Assembly: GCF_009914755.1 (NCBI RefSeq)
Contig: NC_060941.1
Reading direction: 5' to 3' (one strand)
Length of the DNA stretch: 64,000 nucleotides
Source of the DNA: the human T2T-CHM13v2.0 reference genome, Homo sapiens
Position numbers and translations under genes: made by a program. Positions 48,590 through 64,000 of the stretch are shown one piece after another. A model generated the notes under the pieces. That model was not told the DNA's origin, made no database searches, and was given only the letters and a program-made list of their open reading frames with translations. The first letter of the stretch is position 1. Each line of letters opens with the position of its first letter.

Positions 48590-49560
48590 CAGCAAGCACT
48601 TACCGTGCTGTACTGTGGTTTTCTGCTTACATTTCTGACCTCTTTCTGGACTGTGAAGTCCTGAAAAGCAGAGGCTGCAAATGCATCTCTGTGACCCCAG
48701 CACCAAGTCTTGTGCCTGGCACTTAGTAGGTGTTCAGCAGCATTTGTTGGAGAGATAGATGAAGAGTAGGCATATTGTTCCTAGTCTAACCCATCCCAAT
48801 CATCCTCCACTCCCAGCAGTGCCATTTGTCATTATTTTCTGAATCCCAGTCTGTAACACCACCATCCACCCTATCAACAAAACTAGAAATGGGGGAATCA
48901 TCCTTACACTGTCTCCTTCCTCACTTCACACACACCAGTCACCAGTTCCTGCTGATTGTTTCTCTCTAAATAGTTCTCAAATTTGCTCTTTATCCTTTTC
49001 ATCCCTATTACCACCCCCAAGTTCATTGCCTCACTGTTGTAATTTAATTATCTGGTCTTCCCACCTTTACTTTGGCCTCCACTCACCTGTCCTGTGACAC
49101 CACTGCTCTGGCCATGTCACTACCCATCTAAAGTTGTTGAGAGGCTGCATTTGCCCACAGTAAGAAACTCAAGCTTCTTAGCAAGGCCTGCAAAACCTTT
49201 CCTTGGTCAGGCTTCTGCCTGCCCCTGTATCCACAGCTCTGACCACTTGCTGCCTTGAGTTTTATGTTCCAGTGCCACCAGATTTCTTGTAGTTACCCAT
49301 ATTAGTCATATACTATTTCGTGCCTAGAGTGTCCTTCTTGCTCTTGTTTTTTCCATTCCCATTCATACTCATTGAGACTCAGCACGTAACGTCACCTCAT
49401 CTGGGAAGCCTCGTCTAACCTTATTTCCCCCATGAAAGGAAGGAGGGAGGAAAGAGGAAGGGTTAAGGTACATCTCCTTTGGACTTTCATAGAGCTCTGT
49501 ACACACCTCAATGTCCCTGACACAGGTAGTCACCTCCATAGTGAATTGAACATCCAACAT
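48590..49560 (+). mobile_element. L2 remnants
   Basis: ctggactgtgaagtcctga...gtgcctggcacttagtaggtgttcag; aactagaaatgggggaatcatcctt...gtcacctcatctgggaagcc. Confidence 0.7.
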
Positions 49561-49609
49561 GTCTTTGCAGTTCCCTAATACCCTTGAATTCTATTTTCCT
49601 TCCCAATCC

Positions 49610-49907
<298 letters not shown>

Positions 49908-50229
49908 CCCCAGTCCTTTTCTAAAGTGTTTATTCATATTGGGATAGAACTAACAAGTAAATGTGACCTTTTTTAGGAGGATTACCATTTGTATAGGGCT
50001 CTATCCCTCTGAAGATAGAATACTGGCCTTAGTCAATGAATGAAGCAACATCTCTTGGGGTTGCCAGATGACCCCGGTGCATAGTCAATCAGCCAAACCT
50101 CTGATTCAGCTGCTTAGTTGGGTTAACAGTTTCCTTTCCACTAGTATGGTGTGAGGAGTGGGAAAGGCAGCAGAGTACCACTCACAGCCTGCCCAGTGAG
50201 CCCAAAGCAGTAGTGAGCCCAGTCAGAAG

Positions 50230-50460
50230 AAAAGCCTGGCATACTAGAAAGAGCATGGCCTTTGAAAGATTGGTCAGCCTGGGTTCAAATCCACTGTTTG
50301 CCTCTTCACTGTGTGAACTTGAGCAAGTTCATTAAGCTCTGTCCTCATCTGTTAAATGTGCATAATCGTTTACACTGAATTGTGGTAAGGATTAAATGAG
50401 GTCATATATGTTGTCTGCTCAGAAGAGCCACTAGCTCATGGAAAGTGACCAATAATGATG
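50230..50460 (+). mobile_element. MIR
   Basis: cctgggttcaaatcc...ttgagcaagttc...ggattaaatgag. Confidence 0.8.
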
Positions 50461-50465
50461 GCTGT

Positions 50466-50932
<467 letters not shown>

Positions 50933-51342
50933 TCAAACACCCTAGTATGTTTCCAGTTTTCCAACAGTTGAGAAAAACATGATAAAGCCGCAAATTCTAT
51001 ATGTGGAAAAGCAGTGCAGTGTGAAGAATGGTGTACACCTGAGTCATTTGTTGGCAACAGTGTGATCTTGGGTACATTCCTTTGAATCTCTGCATCTGAG
51101 CTTTAAAGATCCCATGAGCTATTTGTATTTCTTCATCAACACTTCGCTTACAAATTAAAGTACTTTGGTACTATAATGGTGATTTGGTTATTACTATTTA
51201 TTACCTAGACTGCAGGCTTAAGTATAGCAGTTAGGGAATAGCACACTTTGTTTTGTTTTTAAATGAAAAAACAATTCCCCTTAAGAAGTGGAAAGTACTC
51301 AATAGCACCAAATATTAATTTTTAAATATAATTCAAGAAGCC

Positions 51343-51660
51343 TGGCTGAGCACACCAAGCTTTTATGCCTGTAATCCCAGCACTTTGGGAGGCTGAGGTG
51401 GGAGGATCGCATTAATGCAAGAGTTCAAGACAAGTCTCGGCAATGTGAAGAAACCCAGTCTCTACACAAAGTAATAAATTAGCTGGGCATGGTGGTACAT
51501 GCTTAGAGTAGATCCTACTCGGGAGGCTGAGGCAGGAGGATCGCTTGAGCCCAGGAGCTCAAGGCTGCGGTGAGCTGTGTGAGCTGTGTGAGCTGTGATT
51601 GCACCACTGCACTCCAGCATGGGTGACAGAGTGAGACTCTGTCTCAAAAGAAAAAAAAAC
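51343..51660 (+). mobile_element. AluJ
   Basis: Diverged Alu with an internal (gtgagctgt)x3. Confidence 0.9.
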
Positions 51661-54600
51661 AAAGCTCTTTTCTTTAAAATATTTCTTTGAAACTAAGCCT
51701 AGAGGTACTATTACCTTTGGATCACTATTATTAATCATTCCTTAATAGAACTTTGGATTTTTCCCCAGGCTTAAGTACACTGGTTATTTCTAATTCTTTG
51801 TGATTTTCCTGGCTTCAGATCTTTCCAGGAACAGCTCTGGGTCTCTTGGCCAATTTGGCATCAGGGCTCTGGGCCTTTGCCCCCAGCTTCTGTGATTCTC
51901 TCAAAGGTCTTTCAGTATTGATCAGGGAGTCATTCCCACTGAGTCCTTCAAGTTTTCTTTTACTGCTTCCCCACAAACCGTAGAATGAGAAAAGGATGAT
52001 TGAAGTGAAGAGCCTAGCCTAGTGCCGGCCCAAGTTGGGACTTGCTGAACATTGGTTTCCAGCCCTGTGGCCCCAGAATACCCCACAGTTACACCTCAGC
52101 TGTGGGTTCCTCTGGGACTGTTCCCCAGAAGGAGATTTTTCTGCCAGTTTTAATTTACTTTTTGGGGAACGAAAAAAACTACCTGTAATTTTTCCTGTCT
52201 ACTTTTACTAGAGTTTACTAGAGGTTTCCTCAAGTTCCTTGAGCATAATCTCAGAGAAGAATCTAACCCATGTTTTCTTTTTCCCATTGCATTTACTACA
52301 GTTACAACGATAATAAATGTTGAATTAACTTTCACTAGCTTTTAACCAACATGTAAGCACTCCCCTTTAAACTGTGTCTTCTGTGTTTGGTGTCTACCTG
52401 TGTAAAATAGGAATAATCCCAATCTTCTCAATGAGATTTTACCAAAATAAATTAGCGTTCATAAATAAAAGGAGCTATATAAATCTGAGAAACTGTAGAG
52501 AGGACTCTAACTAATTTTATGTCCAAGTGCTCTAAATAAAATTACTTTTTCCCAAGTGTTCTAGAAAGGGTTACATTCCTGAGTAGGGTCTTAATGGCCA
52601 GTTCAAGAAATAATCAAGTTAAGTGTATTTAATTCATACTTTTAATTCATTTTTTTGTAATACCTTCTGTTAGACACTTCCATATGACCTGTGTCAAATG
52701 CACAGCAAAACATCTGATATATGGTTACAGATCTAACACAAATAATGTTACGTGAGCAACCCCAAACAGTATACACCTTGACAATGTGGAGACTCAAGAT
52801 TTTCCAAGCACTCATTAAATTGAGCAGAGAAGTAATCTATTTCATCCAATAACCTTTCGTTTTATGTATTTAGCAAATCTTTATCAGAGAGAGCTATATG
52901 TGGACCTCCTAAAAAGGGACCTGGGAATTCGGGTCAGAAACTAGACCAGCCAGGCGTTGGAGTTCACGCATCCCAGCACTGTAAACAACAGCATGGGCAC
53001 AACTGGCCAAGTGTGTGGGGACTCCTGGTGTTGTTGTTTATGGCGTCTGGCAAATATTTCTACCCAAGCCTTCAGCTAGTTTACAGCATTTCATTTTACA
53101 GCCCATCATGATGATAGTAACCAACCCCAGAAAAACATCAACAAGCATTAGCAGCCATAGTGTTGGAAGATGAATGTGACCCCAGCGACCTCCATTCCAC
53201 CCCCCAACCCCCATCCCACTCCCACCCCATCCCCCTCACCGCCCCCTCTAGTGTTCAGTGAATTTCTGCAGCTAAAGTGGTTACCATGGGTCTTGGGTCA
53301 AAGGAGGATATTTGGAGGAATTTCTCTAAACACATGCTTACAAATGTTGAGAAATAGCACTCTAAAAAAGCAGGAGTCATACACAGACCCCAGCTCTTCT
53401 CGGTGAGTAAGACAAAAGGCAGCGTGATCTATAAATATGGTAAAGTGCCTTGAAACGATGAGTCTGCAGAGGCAGGGGGGTGGGGGTAGTTAAGGGAAGG
53501 CAGGAGGGAGACAACAATTACATATTAAGTTGCATTGGTTAAGAACAGAAAAATATAACTTGGCATGAGTTCCCATACTGGCCTTTTAGAACGGATTGGT
53601 CTGTAACACCATACTAAGTCTGTTTTCTATCAGTGATTCCTAGCCAGCTTATTAAACAGATTTATACAATGAAAGAATCTCATAACAGAAACATTCACCT
53701 TCTTTATTACTTGGCATTATTTATGGTTTGAGTTTTTTCAGCTACTTTTTTATGCACTGGAATCTGCCAACATTATACTTACAAAGTTTATGTACCAAAG
53801 TATAAGTAGGTTGGGAGAATATTATATGTGTCTCCTCTCTCCAGCCATGTGGCCTCCCCCAGCAGAGGCTTTGAGGACCTATCTGTCCCCTCCTCTGAGT
53901 GTCTTCAGCATGGAATCCTCTTTCTTTCAGGAGTCCGTGATTCTTGACTGAAACAAGGGTTAGTTCCCTACCTCCATGCCCGTCAAGGAGTAATACTTTT
54001 TTCAGCCTTGGGTTTAGTGACAGGGAAAAAAGAACGTTAGCTCATGTGAGGATACGTATAAGGGAATTAGATAACTCTCTACGTGATTTGCAAACACCTC
54101 AAAATTGTCAAGATGGAAAAGAGACCCAGAGTCCCCTTTCGTCCTCCCCATTCATTCTAGGGTAATAAGGGCTGGTGGAGAGGCGGTGTCCATTTTTTGA
54201 CGGAACTGGTATGGGCAGATGAGCATGCCTGAGTACTGAACACTACCGTGTCACTCCCCATGTTGCCATTCTGTAGAAGAGGAAGCAGGAAGCCACCGAC
54301 AGGGGCATAACTGTGGACCTAAAGTGGACATCAGAGGGGTCCCGGCAATGCGGCCCTGACCCTTCCCTGCCTCACTTGCCCTCTACTTCCCAGCTTCACC
54401 ATAGCTGGGAAGAATATTTTGATTTGTTTGTTTTCCCTGAGAAAGAACAGTTTCTATCTCGAGTATTGCCTCCTTTCCTGAAGCGTGTTCTCCGTCCCAA
54501 GGAAAACACACACATCCAGAAGGCACTGTGAGCAAAGCCTGGAACTGGAGAGATGACCCAGGGTCTTTGGGATTGCGGAACAGCTGCTGTGGAAAAGTAG

Positions 54601-55071
54601 TGGCCTGTTTATGGGTTGAGGAGGCAGTACAGGGTGACAAGAGGGAGCCCGAGAGCCCCCCATGAATCTGTCTGCACCCTTGTGAGAAGAAGCCCATGAA
54701 GTCAAATGACAGCTTGTTTAAGGAAGCCATGAACTAGCAAATGTAGTTAAAAGATGAAGGGGGAAAATGAAGGGAAACGCTTATGCTTAAAGCAGTTTTC
54801 CTTTGAAAAACTACAGCATTTAGGCTACCAGGTTGTGTTTCCTTAATAGGAAGCCATATCCCAGCCATGTGGCAAGAATTAGTCATTGCCTTCCATATGG
54901 GTAGTAATAATAAATGTAGGAATTTAGAGGCTAATGAATCAGTGGGAGTTGCTATGGGTTTGCTGGGTGAATGAATCAAAGGCGATCCCTTCTTTCTCCC
55001 TGCTTCCATCTTTCCGGTCCTTTCCTCCTGCTATGCTTTTATGCGTATGAGCTTTCATCTCTGGCCCACTA

Positions 55072-55471
<400 letters not shown>

Positions 55472-55764
55472 TCATCGCCCAGAAACTAATCTGTCCCCCT
55501 GAGCCCAAGTATTAAGCCGAGCTATGAACCAAAAATTAGAGGTATGAGAGACATGAAGGGGGGCAGGCCTCTGTGCCCCGCCCTCCAAGAGCTCACCATC
55601 TAGTGCTAGAGACTGATGTGTAAACAGATCATCATAGTGATAAAAACCGTGATAGAAAAAGGATGACCAGTTGTTTTGGCCTGTGTGTGTAGGGGAGGCT
55701 CTGGGAGGCAGGTAGAATGCCGATGAGGATCTTCTATGACATGAGTGGCTGTTGAGCTCAGGAG

Positions 55765-56020
55765 ATAAGAATTTGGAGCTGGAGCAGTTCACTTCCATTT
55801 TAAATCCCAGCCCTGTCTCTTAATAGTTGTGTCACTTTGAGCAAGTTACTTACCTCTCTGTGCCTCGGTTTTTTCATGTGTAAAATAGTATACCTACATC
55901 CTCGGGTTCCTGTGAGAATTCAGTGAGTTAATATGTGTGGAACACTTAAAATACTGCCTGCTCCTAAAATTACTGCTTGGCAGTAAATGCTATGTAGATG
56001 TTACTTTAAAATTATTACTA
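55765..56020 (+). mobile_element. MIR
   Basis: ttgagcaagttacttacctctctgtgcctcgg...tgtaaaat. Confidence 0.8.
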
Positions 56021-56464
56021 TTTTCACATATCTTATGTGAATGTGCCTAAATGTGATATGTATATATTTTTCCTTTTAAAAATTTGAGATCATACTATAC
56101 AGAGAGTCCAGCTTACTTTCCATATCAGCACATGTAGATGTACCTTAAGACATTAATTTAAAACCAACTTTCTTTTGAAAAACTTTCCAGCCTCATCAGA
56201 CATTGGGGATTCTATGTGAGGGCACCTCTCCAAGATTGGATCTTGCTGTGGTTGATGGAGTTACATCCTTCACAGCACGGTCCAAATTAGAGATCTCCAG
56301 TCAGGCTGTTTGGTCTGTGAAACATTTGGATATTTGTTTTTTAAATCCATATTAGGACATGTTATTCAGTGTTTGGAGAAATTAGTATGTACTAATTTCT
56401 AGGCTGCTTGAAGAACTTGGGGGGTAAATTGTTGCTCTTAAATCCCCTTAAAATATAGGGCAGA

Positions 56465-56753
56465 GGCCAGGCGCGGTGGCTCACGCCTGTAATCCCAGCA
56501 CTTTGGGAGGCCGAGGCGGGCAGATAACGAGGTCAGGAGATCGAGACCATCCTGGCCAACACAGTGAAACCCTGTCTCTACTAAAAATACAAAAAATTAG
56601 CTGGGCATGGTGGCGGGCGCCTGTAGTCCCAGCTACTCAGGAGGCTGAGGCAGGAGAATCTCTTGAACCTGGGAGGCGGAGGTTGCAGTGGGTTGAGATC
56701 ACGCTACTGCACTCCAGCCTGGGTGACAGAGCGAGACTCCATCTCAAAAAAAA
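56465..56753 (+). mobile_element. AluSc-like
   Basis: gagatcgagaccatcctggccaac. Confidence 0.95.
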
Positions 56754-59700
56754 GCATATATATATATGACAGAAAGGATCTTGGCACCCTGTGTTGAAAA
56801 GATACGTTTTTAAGTCAAATGTGAGGTAAGTAGGTCATGCCACATCTCAACCTCATCAGGCTGTACTTCTGCAGATTGTTGTGGCTTCTGGGTGTCCTAT
56901 TAGAAACAAAACAGGAGGGGAGAATCGTTTGATCTCTTGCTCCTAAAATGTGGGCCCTAGGCCGTCAGTAAGAGGTACTGGCCCTTGCCGAGTCCCAGTG
57001 TTCTCCCTCATTCACCCCCTAGGTGACAGTGGATCCAACTCTCCATAAGCAAGTCTGGGATTCTGCATGTTGTGCTTATTTGCTCTCTGTGGGAGGGTCT
57101 GTTAGACAGGTCTCTCCAAGGAAGGGGAAGGGAGCAAGGAGTGGGGGAGGGTGTCAGCTCAGAGGGGCTAGCAAGTCCAGTAGATGCCAGTTCTCCCGAA
57201 AGACAGGTCCCCTGTGTGATTCACATCTGGTACTGAAGTGGCTAGAGCAGTTGGCACACCGCAAATTGACACTGACCTTGGCCATGCTGTTGGGGTAATT
57301 GGACTTTCAGGATGGACTCTCCGAACAATCTTGCCACTGTGGCTGGCACAAACAGGCTTTTCTTTAACAGCAGACGTTCATGTCTTCTTGCTCCAACTTT
57401 TTTTTCTTGAACAAACATATGTATTGTGGCCAATGCAAGGAAAATCCCACTCACCATTTTGATCTGAGTTGCTTCTGTCCTGGAACAATAGTCTAGTGTA
57501 CCAGGGGCCCTCGGGATGCTGGTTTCCATGCCCTGGTCTAGTTTTATGAATCTCCTTGGAAGACCCTAAAGGCCAGGAAGCCATCGGTATTTCTGCAGGG
57601 CCTCCTACCACCATCGGGGACATCAGTGGCTCTGTATCTGATTGTCAGAGCGTGAGCTTCAGCAGTAGCCTCGGGGTCAGGACTGGTTACAACCAAAGAG
57701 CTTTCTAAGTGCCTGCCCTTTCTCCCACAAGATGGCCTCTTCACAACTTAAGTGGGCATAACCGAAGACTTGCATTCCCCTTTGAGCATCCACCTCACTC
57801 AGTTAGAAGAAATGTGTCTCCAAGCACTGCCAGCCTGTGAATAAGCACTTCCCAAGTGCCAGGTACAAAGTTAGACACTTCCCATCTTTCACCTCGTTGA
57901 TCGCCTCAAAATCCCGTGAGGTTTTTAATCACTGACTCAGTAGCATTGATTGAGAAATCTACTCCGTGTTAGGCTTAGACTACATAGTGATGACCAAAAC
58001 AGTCTTTGGATTCATGGCAATTACTGCCAGGTAGAGAAAGCGAATGCTGTTATTTTGCTCTAAGAGGAAACTAAGGTTCAAAGAACCAATACTTTCTCAA
58101 TGCCATATAACTGGTAAAGGGTGTGGCCACGATTACACCACCATGATTCTACTCCAAAGACTGTCTTCCCTCCACCATGCCCTACTACCTTCCTATAGGA
58201 AGCTTAATCTGCGGTTCTACTTAAAATATGAGGAAACATCTGGAATATTAGTTTTCAACCACATTTCAGACACAGAAAGTGGAGCCTAAGGAATAGCCCA
58301 GTTGGCTCCTCTCTGAGAGCGGGTAAGAGTAGAAAAGAATTGCTGATCTCAAGCATTTTGTTACCAGAATAACCCCACAGGAGAGGCCTGGCTGAACGGG
58401 GATTTGTGTGGGCCAGACAATGTAGGGGATTTATTTCCAAGGCTGGAGGACAGAGCTTGGACTCGGGTCCAGCTCGGCGTCCTCCCTCGGGTCCTGCTCG
58501 CTGAAGAGGTACAGCATCTGGAGGAGGACTTTCCGGCCAGGGTACAGCTCCTCTAGGCTGAGGCAGTTAACGATTAAACAAGAAGCAGCCTTTGGCTACA
58601 AAGCTAATGGTTTGGGTTCCAGGGCACAGGATAAAAATACACAACTGGAAAGGCAAGCTCCCAATTAAGTGGAAGAGCTCAAGCAAGAGATGTTTCAATG
58701 CCGCGGAGCCAGTGACCACACGTGGGCCTGCTGTCTCCTCCACCAGCCCCACTCGCCCGGCCCCATACTTAGTGCTGGCTCCAGAGTCTCGTGGGGGAAG
58801 CCGGCTGGCAGCACACAGGCCATTCCTCTTTTCCATTCAAAGAAAATCTTACTTGCCTTCTGCCCAACAGTTTATCTTGCTTGGCATCTTAGGATAGTAG
58901 AATGTCAGAACTGGAAGGGCCTTAGGGATCAGCTAGCCTAGTCCAGCTCCCTGGTTTGATGCTTTAGAAACCGAGGCACACACTGGGGGAGTGACTTGAG
59001 CAGAGTCACCTTGTCAGTTCGTGGCAGGGAGGAGATTCACGTTTTGATCTTGTAATGTCCGCATTCTCTTCTCCCTTTGTACTAAGCTGGCACCATTAGC
59101 AGCCTGCCATTTGCACCTCTTCCCTTTGCTCCCACAAACCTAAAAGCCCTCGGTCCTTCTCTTCTTTTACAGGAAAAGATACTGAGGCAGGGAGTGTAAA
59201 CAGTGCCCACAGAGCTGACAAGTACAGATGCCAGAAAGGGAACCGCAGAATCCCGCCCAGCAGGCCTGGGCCTTCACCATCTGACCGCATTCCCTCTCTA
59301 AGAACATGTTGTGGGAGAACTGAATTTGGCCTCCTTTGAGCTCTAAGCCTGCAACAGCCCTCCTAATGACTCTACAGTTCCTGGCTTCCTCTTGCCACTG
59401 ACTTTCCCCTCCACCGCTGCCTGGGACAACCTTACAGCTACAGTGACTTTGAGTCTTGCCAAGACAAGCCCAATAGTTACTTTCAGACTCAAGTGCTTGC
59501 CAAGCCTGAAATAGTAATTGCCTGAAGGGTTCCAAAAAGCTGGGCTTTATCTGCGGCAGAGACTTTAGTAAATCAAAACACAGGTCTTATCTCCCTATTC
59601 TCTCCCCTCTGTTGTGTGGTCTCCTAAATGAAAAATGTTACCTAATTGCCTAAAACAGCTGGCTTGATGTTTAATTACTTCAGCTTGCTAACCTGATATT

Positions 59701-59964
59701 CTGGACCAATAAACTATACACAGGGAGTGGATAATGCTCTTTACAGATCGGACTTGTCCAGGTTTCCTTTGTGAGAAATGTTGATTTCAGCCACCAGAGG
59801 GAATTCCAAATTTGAATGCTCTTAGCAGTCACCGCGCTTGTCTGATGTTGGAACTCCTCTTCACCCATCCGAGGAACAGTGTGCCTGGAAAATGCCTTGA
59901 ATCCTCTCCCCAGCATTCCAGGGGCAGTCTCCTCCACACGCCACACTGCTCAGCCTACACTCCC

Positions 59965-60270
59965 TTTTCTTTTTCTTTTTTTCGCGAGACAGATTCTCGC
60001 TCTGTCACCTAGGCTGGAGTGCAGTGGCGTGATCTCGGCTCACTGCAGCCTCCGCCTCCAGGTTAAAGCAATTCTCGTGTCTCAGCCTCCCAAGTAGCTG
60101 GGATTATAGGCGCCCACCACCACACCCGGCTAATTTTTGTATTTTTAGTAGAGACAGGGTTTCACCATGTTGGCCTGGATGGATGGTCTCAAACTCCTGA
60201 CCTCAGGTGATCCGGCCGCCTCAGCCTCCCAAAGTGCTGGGATTACAGGTGTGAGCCACCGCGCCCAGCC
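59965..60270 (-). mobile_element. AluS
   Basis: Full Alu reverse complement. Confidence 0.95.
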
Positions 60271-60557
60271 AACGCACTCCTGTTCTGAGACACGGGAGGG
60301 CATGCAGAGCAGTCTCGGAGCGGACGCTAGCTGGCAGCGGTGCCATTGCTTTCGCCTCAGGCTTCCTAGAGCAAAGAAGCCCATGGAAGAGGTTGCACAG
60401 CGTCGCTGGTTAATGGCAAAGCCCAGGTATGGGCCAGTGAACCCCAATGATGCTGGGGTGCCTCTTCCTGTCCCCAAGGACTCTACAGCCTCAGCCTCAC
60501 CCATCGATGCTTCCCCATGTGGGTCCTGGAATGTGACCAGGCTGACTGACCCCCCGT

Positions 60558-60750
60558 TTCATGCCCCACGCCTTTGCTGGTACTGGTCCCTGAGATGTCC
60601 CCTGACATGCCCCTCACCCAGCACCTCTGCCCTCCCATCTGCCTCCACATGCCGCTGCGTCCCCTCCACGGCTCCCCTGCAGTAGCACACCTCTGCACAG
60701 CTTTCCTCTTTACTCCTAGCCAGGCTCAGAGGGACCCACAGCTGACATCT
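60558..60750 (+). repeat. 193-bp direct repeat, copy 1
   Basis: Ungapped manual alignment to 61277-61469, about 91% identical. Confidence 0.95.
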
Positions 60751-60874
60751 TAAAGTCACCTCTATTGTCCACCTACCTACTTCTCTATCTCACTGAACCT
60801 CTTTAGGACCAGGATTTTCCCTTTTCATGTGTGTTTTCCAGTGTCTAGGATAGTGACCATCTATAGCAGGTGCT

Positions 60875-61192
<318 letters not shown>

Positions 61193-61276
61193 TTAGTAAA
61201 TGTGTGCTGAATGTGGGAGACGTCTTTTTTAAGGAAAGCCTAAGATGTCATTCTTAGAGCAGCAGAAGAGATGATG

Positions 61277-61469
61277 TTCATGCCCCATGCCTTTGTTGGT
61301 ACTGGTCCCTGAGATGTCCCCGGACATGCCCCTCACCCAGCACCTCTGCCCTCCTATTTGCCTCCACATGCCGCCGCGTCCCTTCCACGGCTCCCCTGCA
61401 GTAGCACCCCTCTGCACAGCTTTCCTCTTCGCTGCTAGGCAGACTCAGAGGGGCCTGCAGCTGGTATCT
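61277..61469 (+). repeat. 193-bp direct repeat, copy 2
   Basis: Ungapped manual alignment to 60558-60750. Confidence 0.95.
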
Positions 61470-63764
61470 GATAAAATAAAGGAAAGGTTAGAGGGAGGGA
61501 GAGAGGGAAGGAGAAGGAGGATAAAATAAAAGGAAAAGAAGAGGTATGAATTCTTTGGAAAAGAAATCCATGCCCTCGGAATGATGTGGCTCCTTCCTTT
61601 TTTAGTCAAACATCTGCTCAACTGTATGTGCTGTGCTAGATTCCTCGGGGTCATGTACAATAATTCCTGCCATGTAGGTTTATTAAATTAACAGTTGCAA
61701 TTTATGTTTAGCGGTTTCCCCACTAAGGAATTCCTCGTGTATTTGATCGATTTGTGCAAGAGGCTAACTCCAGCCATTGCCAGCCCTTCTGTAAAATGGC
61801 TACTATATGATCCAGAATTCCCTCTCACCTCAGACACTGATGGTACTATTAGAGTTCGGGAGGCTTCAACAGTTCTGAGATAGGTGTAGCATATACAAAA
61901 ATTCCGTTCACTGCTTTGTTTTCTTAAAAAAGTTTAGGGTTCTAAAGAGTAGTGTCTTCTATCCAAATTTAGTATACTTATATATTATATCCATCATATT
62001 ATATTTAGCTCTTATGCCCTAGGTATTTGATCAATTTGAGCATTTCATTGCCAAGCTTTTAAGAGACTCCTGCTCCACGTCTTCTTGCTGTCCTCACTAG
62101 CTTGAGACAAAGTAGAAAGGCCAGAGAGAGGGGACTCCTCCAGAGCCCACCCAGGACACACAATATACAGTATGATAGAATAAAACAATGTAAAGGCATG
62201 CTTCTTAAATAACAGGTCATATGCTTTAATTATTTCATCTACTGGCAGTGTATTGCCTTTACTGGGAAACAAGCCTTTCCCACACACCTGCTTTGTAGGG
62301 CTGGGCTGAGTCAAGCCGGGAGAACCAGACAGTTCCTGGTGTTTGGGGCCTGGACCAGGAAAATGCAGCTCATGGCAACATGGAGGGCTTCATTGACGGT
62401 GAGGTGAGGTCACTCTAGGAGAGGGCTCGGCGTAGAGACCTGGGTCAGTGGGGTAGTAGCACCATCAGGGGCAACTGGCAGTGAGGCCTCAATAGCACCT
62501 TGAGAATTCAGCGAGACAAGACCGATTTGGGTGGGGTGGGAGAGTAGTAGTTGGCAAGGTAAGTAGGGCACAGTTGTTCCTAAGAACTAAAGCCCATCAA
62601 GGCAAGGGCCCAATACCCAGATTGGGGAACTTGACCTCAGGGATAGGACAGAAGCCTAGTAATTAGAGCAGAGACACGGTGTCAGAGCCAGCCAAGGGCC
62701 CTGCCATGGGAGGCCTGATGTGGAATCTCCTCCCTTTTAGCCACCTGAGGGCAGACTTGAACAGAGGTCCCTGGTGAGGTCTGTGGGTGGGGGTCCAGGC
62801 AGAGCCTGAACGAATGCCATACGCAAGGCTGTTCTGGCAGGCGTAACGCGTAGGACCAACAGTGAAAGCACAGCAAGAACAGGGTTTGTGCTGCAGGTGT
62901 CCAGGCTGTGCAGGAAGCAGGGCCAGAGGCCGCCTCTCCTGCTAGAGCTACATGCCGCTCCTCGGCTCCTCCCCGCCACCATCACACCAGGAGTCAGGGC
63001 CCTGGGAGGCGACTAGAACACACCAAAAAAGGATGGCTAGGACTATTTCTCTGCAAGGTGGAATCAGCTCTTCATTTAAGATATAAACTGTGGCCCAAAG
63101 TTACTGAGGGTTCTACAGGTGACGTCCATCTAGGCAGGAATAGAAGTTCCAAAATTAACTGACTTTTCTCAGTTGGAAACTTTCTTCTCAGGCTCCAGAA
63201 TCTGCAGTGTCCTGTCTGCACTCCTTGGTGGCGATGGAGCAGCAGCCCTCTCCTGTCTTCCCTGCCTACTGTTAGAACCAAATGTAGTCTTTCTTGAAGA
63301 CGGCACCATCTCCCTCTCCCAGTGACATCAGCAGCCCCTCTTCCCCCTCCCCCTAATTGACAAATGTGGGCATTTCCAAGTGTCTTAATGGCATTAACAA
63401 GGGACACACCGCTTAATCACAGGTGGAACTGCCAACAGATGACGGGTTATTTCCCGTGTTTCTCCCCACCCTGCAGTGAGGCAGCAGCCTTGTGTTGGGG
63501 TTTCTGAAGAGCACTCCTGCTCGGAGGACATGTGCTATTTCCAGCCAGAGTTGTCCACCTGCAACTTTCTGCTAGGGTTAGCAGTTTCATCTCCCATTAT
63601 TAAGAGTCCAGCTGGCGTGTCTTTGAAGTTGGTCCCATCATGTTAAATGTTAACTGTAATTTCTCTTGGCCCTTGCTGGAGAGTGCTTTCCTTCCCGTTG
63701 GTATGATAATAGCCGCAGCTATATTGGCCATGTGCTAGCTGACCACCTCAGCAATTGCTTTCAC

Positions 63765-63955
63765 TCCCGGAGTGACATAGAAGGAGCTTTGTACTGTGCA
63801 TCGTGAAACTTGGGGTTTGACCTGGTTCTGCCAGGAAGCCATGTGATCTTGAGCAAGCTCATTCTCTTTTCTGATCCTCATTTTTCTGCTCTGTACAATT
63901 CTGGGTAAGGGCTAGAGGATTTCTAAAGCCCTTCCACTTCCAAATCTGTGATTCC
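63765..63955 (+). mobile_element. MIR/MIR3
   Basis: tgtgatcttgagcaagctc...ctctgtacaa...ctaaagcccttccacttc. Confidence 0.65.
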
Positions 63956-64000
63956 AAGATTGGGAGAATGCACAGTTACTCGCAACTCCTTTTTCTCCCT

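Noticed and set aside
60167-60685. Longest ORF (172 aa)
   Set aside because: Starts in an antisense Alu at a non-ATG codon, has no recognisable domain and no exon context

Overview
Primate (human-like) non-coding genomic DNA, most likely a large intron or intergenic interval. No convincing protein-coding exon, RNA gene or CRISPR array was found, and the host gene cannot be named from sequence alone. Many ORFs in the track are Alu/L1/LTR-derived and the rest look like chance ORFs. I count about 44 Alu copies or fragments, several old L1 remnants (positions ~13.2-24.2 kb are an almost continuous nested TE mosaic), a 5'-truncated L1PA, a solo LTR12 with a 4-bp TSD, LTR33-like and LTR41-like ERVL LTRs, nested hAT DNA transposons, and MIR/L2 remnants. 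The most interesting signals are structural: a 193-bp non-tandem duplication with a sharp identity gradient, several apparent template-switch or templated-insertion scars (a perfect 21-bp foldback in an Alu, and a 24-bp copy pasted into a MIR from 1.2 kb away), an ~110-bp AT-rich palindrome, repeated Alu re-use of the same target site, closely spaced inverted Alus, and repeat-free stretches with clustered TF motifs. I found no support for a new multi-gene system. Repeat subfamily names and boundaries are by eye and approximate.
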